Source of the DNA: an uncultured Candidatus Bathyarchaeia archaeon
GTDB taxonomy: Archaea > Thermoproteota > Bathyarchaeia > 40CM-2-53-6 > DTGE01
Direction: 5' to 3'
DNA: 57,051 nucleotides
Assembly: GCA_964346575.1 (NCBI GenBank)
Contig: CAYFVN010000234.1
Span: forward strand, 1-57,051
Shown here: one piece after another, positions 56,056-57,051 of the stretch
How positions within the stretch are numbered: the stretch's first letter is position 1
How the letters are laid out: the number at the start of each line of letters is the position of its first letter
Notes under the pieces: model-generated
The model's input: only the letters and a program-made list of their open reading frames with translations
What the model was told of the DNA's origin: nothing
Database searches by the model: none
Program-made: the position numbers and the translations under genes

Positions 56056-56928
56056 ATGAAAACAAAATACACGATAATTCTACTCTTACTACCCTACGTA
56101 AGCGCAATGTGCATTATTATGGGCTATCCAATGCTCGAAGTATTTCGACTATCTTTCTTCTCGTATAAACTAACAACCGGAACTTCAAGTTGGACGGGCT
56201 TAAGTAACTATATGGCAATGTTTGACGATTATAGATTTTGGAATTCGGCGTACCTCGTACTTTACCTAGTCATATCCACGGTAACTTTGCAAGTCCTGTT
56301 TGGTCTTGGAATTGCAATGTTATTTAGTGGAGCTGTCACGCGTGCGGGCTCTTTCAGAGGACAGAGAGTATTACGGTCACTTGCTATACTTCCAATGGTT
56401 ACGACACCAGTAATCGTTGGGATTATATGGAGAAACTTCATGTTTGAACCTATGTGGGGGATGGCCAACTACTTTATAGGATTAGTTGGGATCAAACCCA
56501 TTCACTGGATTCACAGCTATGAATTAGCCATGCCTTCCTACATAATCGTACATACATGGCAGTGGACTCCCTTCGCGTTCCTAATATTGTTCGCCGGTCT
56601 ACAAGCGTTGCCTAAAGAGCCATTTGAAGCGGCACAGATAGATGGAGCGGGTAGATGGCATACGTTCAGACACCTGACGTTGCCACTAATGAAACCAGTT
56701 ATAATGCTCACAATAATCCTTCGGACGATAGAGGCGATGAAGGCATTTCCATCATTGTACTCGCTTACCGAAGGAGGGCCCGGCATCGCTACTGAAACTC
56801 TTAACTTATACATCTACTACGTTGCGTTCACATCATATGATCTAGGATACGCATCTGCCCTCGGGGTCGTATTTACAGTAATAATTGCGTTTTCAACTTA
56901 TTTGCTTTTAAAGGTAGGTGCAAGATGA
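56056..56928 (+). CDS. ABC transporter permease (MalF/UgpA-like, sugar type)
   Basis: Six TMs with the EAA loop PFEAAQIDGAGRWHTFRHLTLPLMKP. Confidence 0.9.
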   Translation: MKTKYTIILLLLPYVSAMCIIMGYPMLEVFRLSFFSYKLTTGTSSWTGLSNYMAMFDDYRFWNSAYLVLYLVISTVTLQVLFGLGIAMLFSGAVTRAGSFRGQRVLRSLAILPMVTTPVIVGIIWRNFMFEPMWGMANYFIGLVGIKPIHWIHSYELAMPSYIIVHTWQWTPFAFLILFAGLQALPKEPFEAAQIDGAGRWHTFRHLTLPLMKPVIMLTIILRTIEAMKAFPSLYSLTEGGPGIATETLNLYIYYVAFTSYDLGYASALGVVFTVIIAFSTYLLLKVGAR

Positions 56929-57051
56929 CTTTGAGGTTCTCGAAACTTAACTTGGCGGGTGTAACAATAGTCATGACGTTATTTCTCGCCTATAGCCTTT
57001 TCCCGGTTTTCTGGACTTTCTTAACCTCTTTCAAAGAGCCTCTGGACACTT
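56925..57051 (+). CDS. ABC transporter permease 2 (MalG/UgpE-like), 5' fragment running off the window
   Basis: ATG at 56925 overlaps the previous stop (ATGA). It translates to MTLRFSKLNLAGVTIVMTLFLAYSLFPVFWTFLTSFKEPLDT, the typical N-terminus of the second sugar permease. Confidence 0.7.
   Translation, partial: MTLRFSKLNLAGVTIVMTLFLAYSLFPVFWTFLTSFKEPLDT

Overview
Archaeal chromosomal window with about 55 protein genes and 3 tRNA genes. I found no rRNA, CRISPR array, integrase or transposase. Most of it is housekeeping and information processing: Elf1, PolD large subunit, SHMT, Sec61beta, Lrp, Alba, an RPA-like OB protein, Lhr helicase with a SWIM protein and a metallophosphoesterase, an NrdD-like reductase, pyrB/pyrI, HflX, L37e with LSm, a PUA protein, SepF, aCPSF1/FttA, two proteasome beta paralogs, FKBP, RtcA, Taw1, translin, EndoV, and HTH-RibK / RibL / DUF357 / diphthine synthase. 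From 47.4 to 57 kb there is a sugar or sugar-acid type catabolic island: a rubredoxin-fused ThDP enzyme, a LarA-like racemase, a solute-binding protein, an enolase-superfamily enzyme, an MDR dehydrogenase, an M24 hydrolase and two ABC permeases. PolD, Elf1, SepF and the LSm-L37e operon together suggest a non-crenarchaeal TACK-type archaeon; the exact lineage needs a database search. GC content is visibly uneven, with AT-rich islands at 1-2600, 9468-9775, 20189-21160 and 44082-47300. The most unusual things visible are: (i) all three tRNA genes carry 2-3 introns, mostly at non-canonical positions (genes of 111, 146 and 187 nt); (ii) an NrdD homolog has an N-terminal wHTH plus ATP-cone, a non-consensus glycyl-radical motif and no activase nearby; (iii) a low-GC, gene-poor island directly 3' of tRNA-Lys holds two families of iterated short motifs in a convergent, non-promoter spacer plus orphan proteins; (iv) a rubredoxin-ThDP enzyme fusion sits next to a LarA-like gene; (v) GCGCGC(GC) blocks sit in AT-rich 3' spacers; (vi) an ORF-track-missed Sec61beta gene has its conserved basic N-terminus upstream of the first ATG. 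I found no complete recognisable defence or mobile system, so all novelty statements below are hypotheses needing database or experimental checks.
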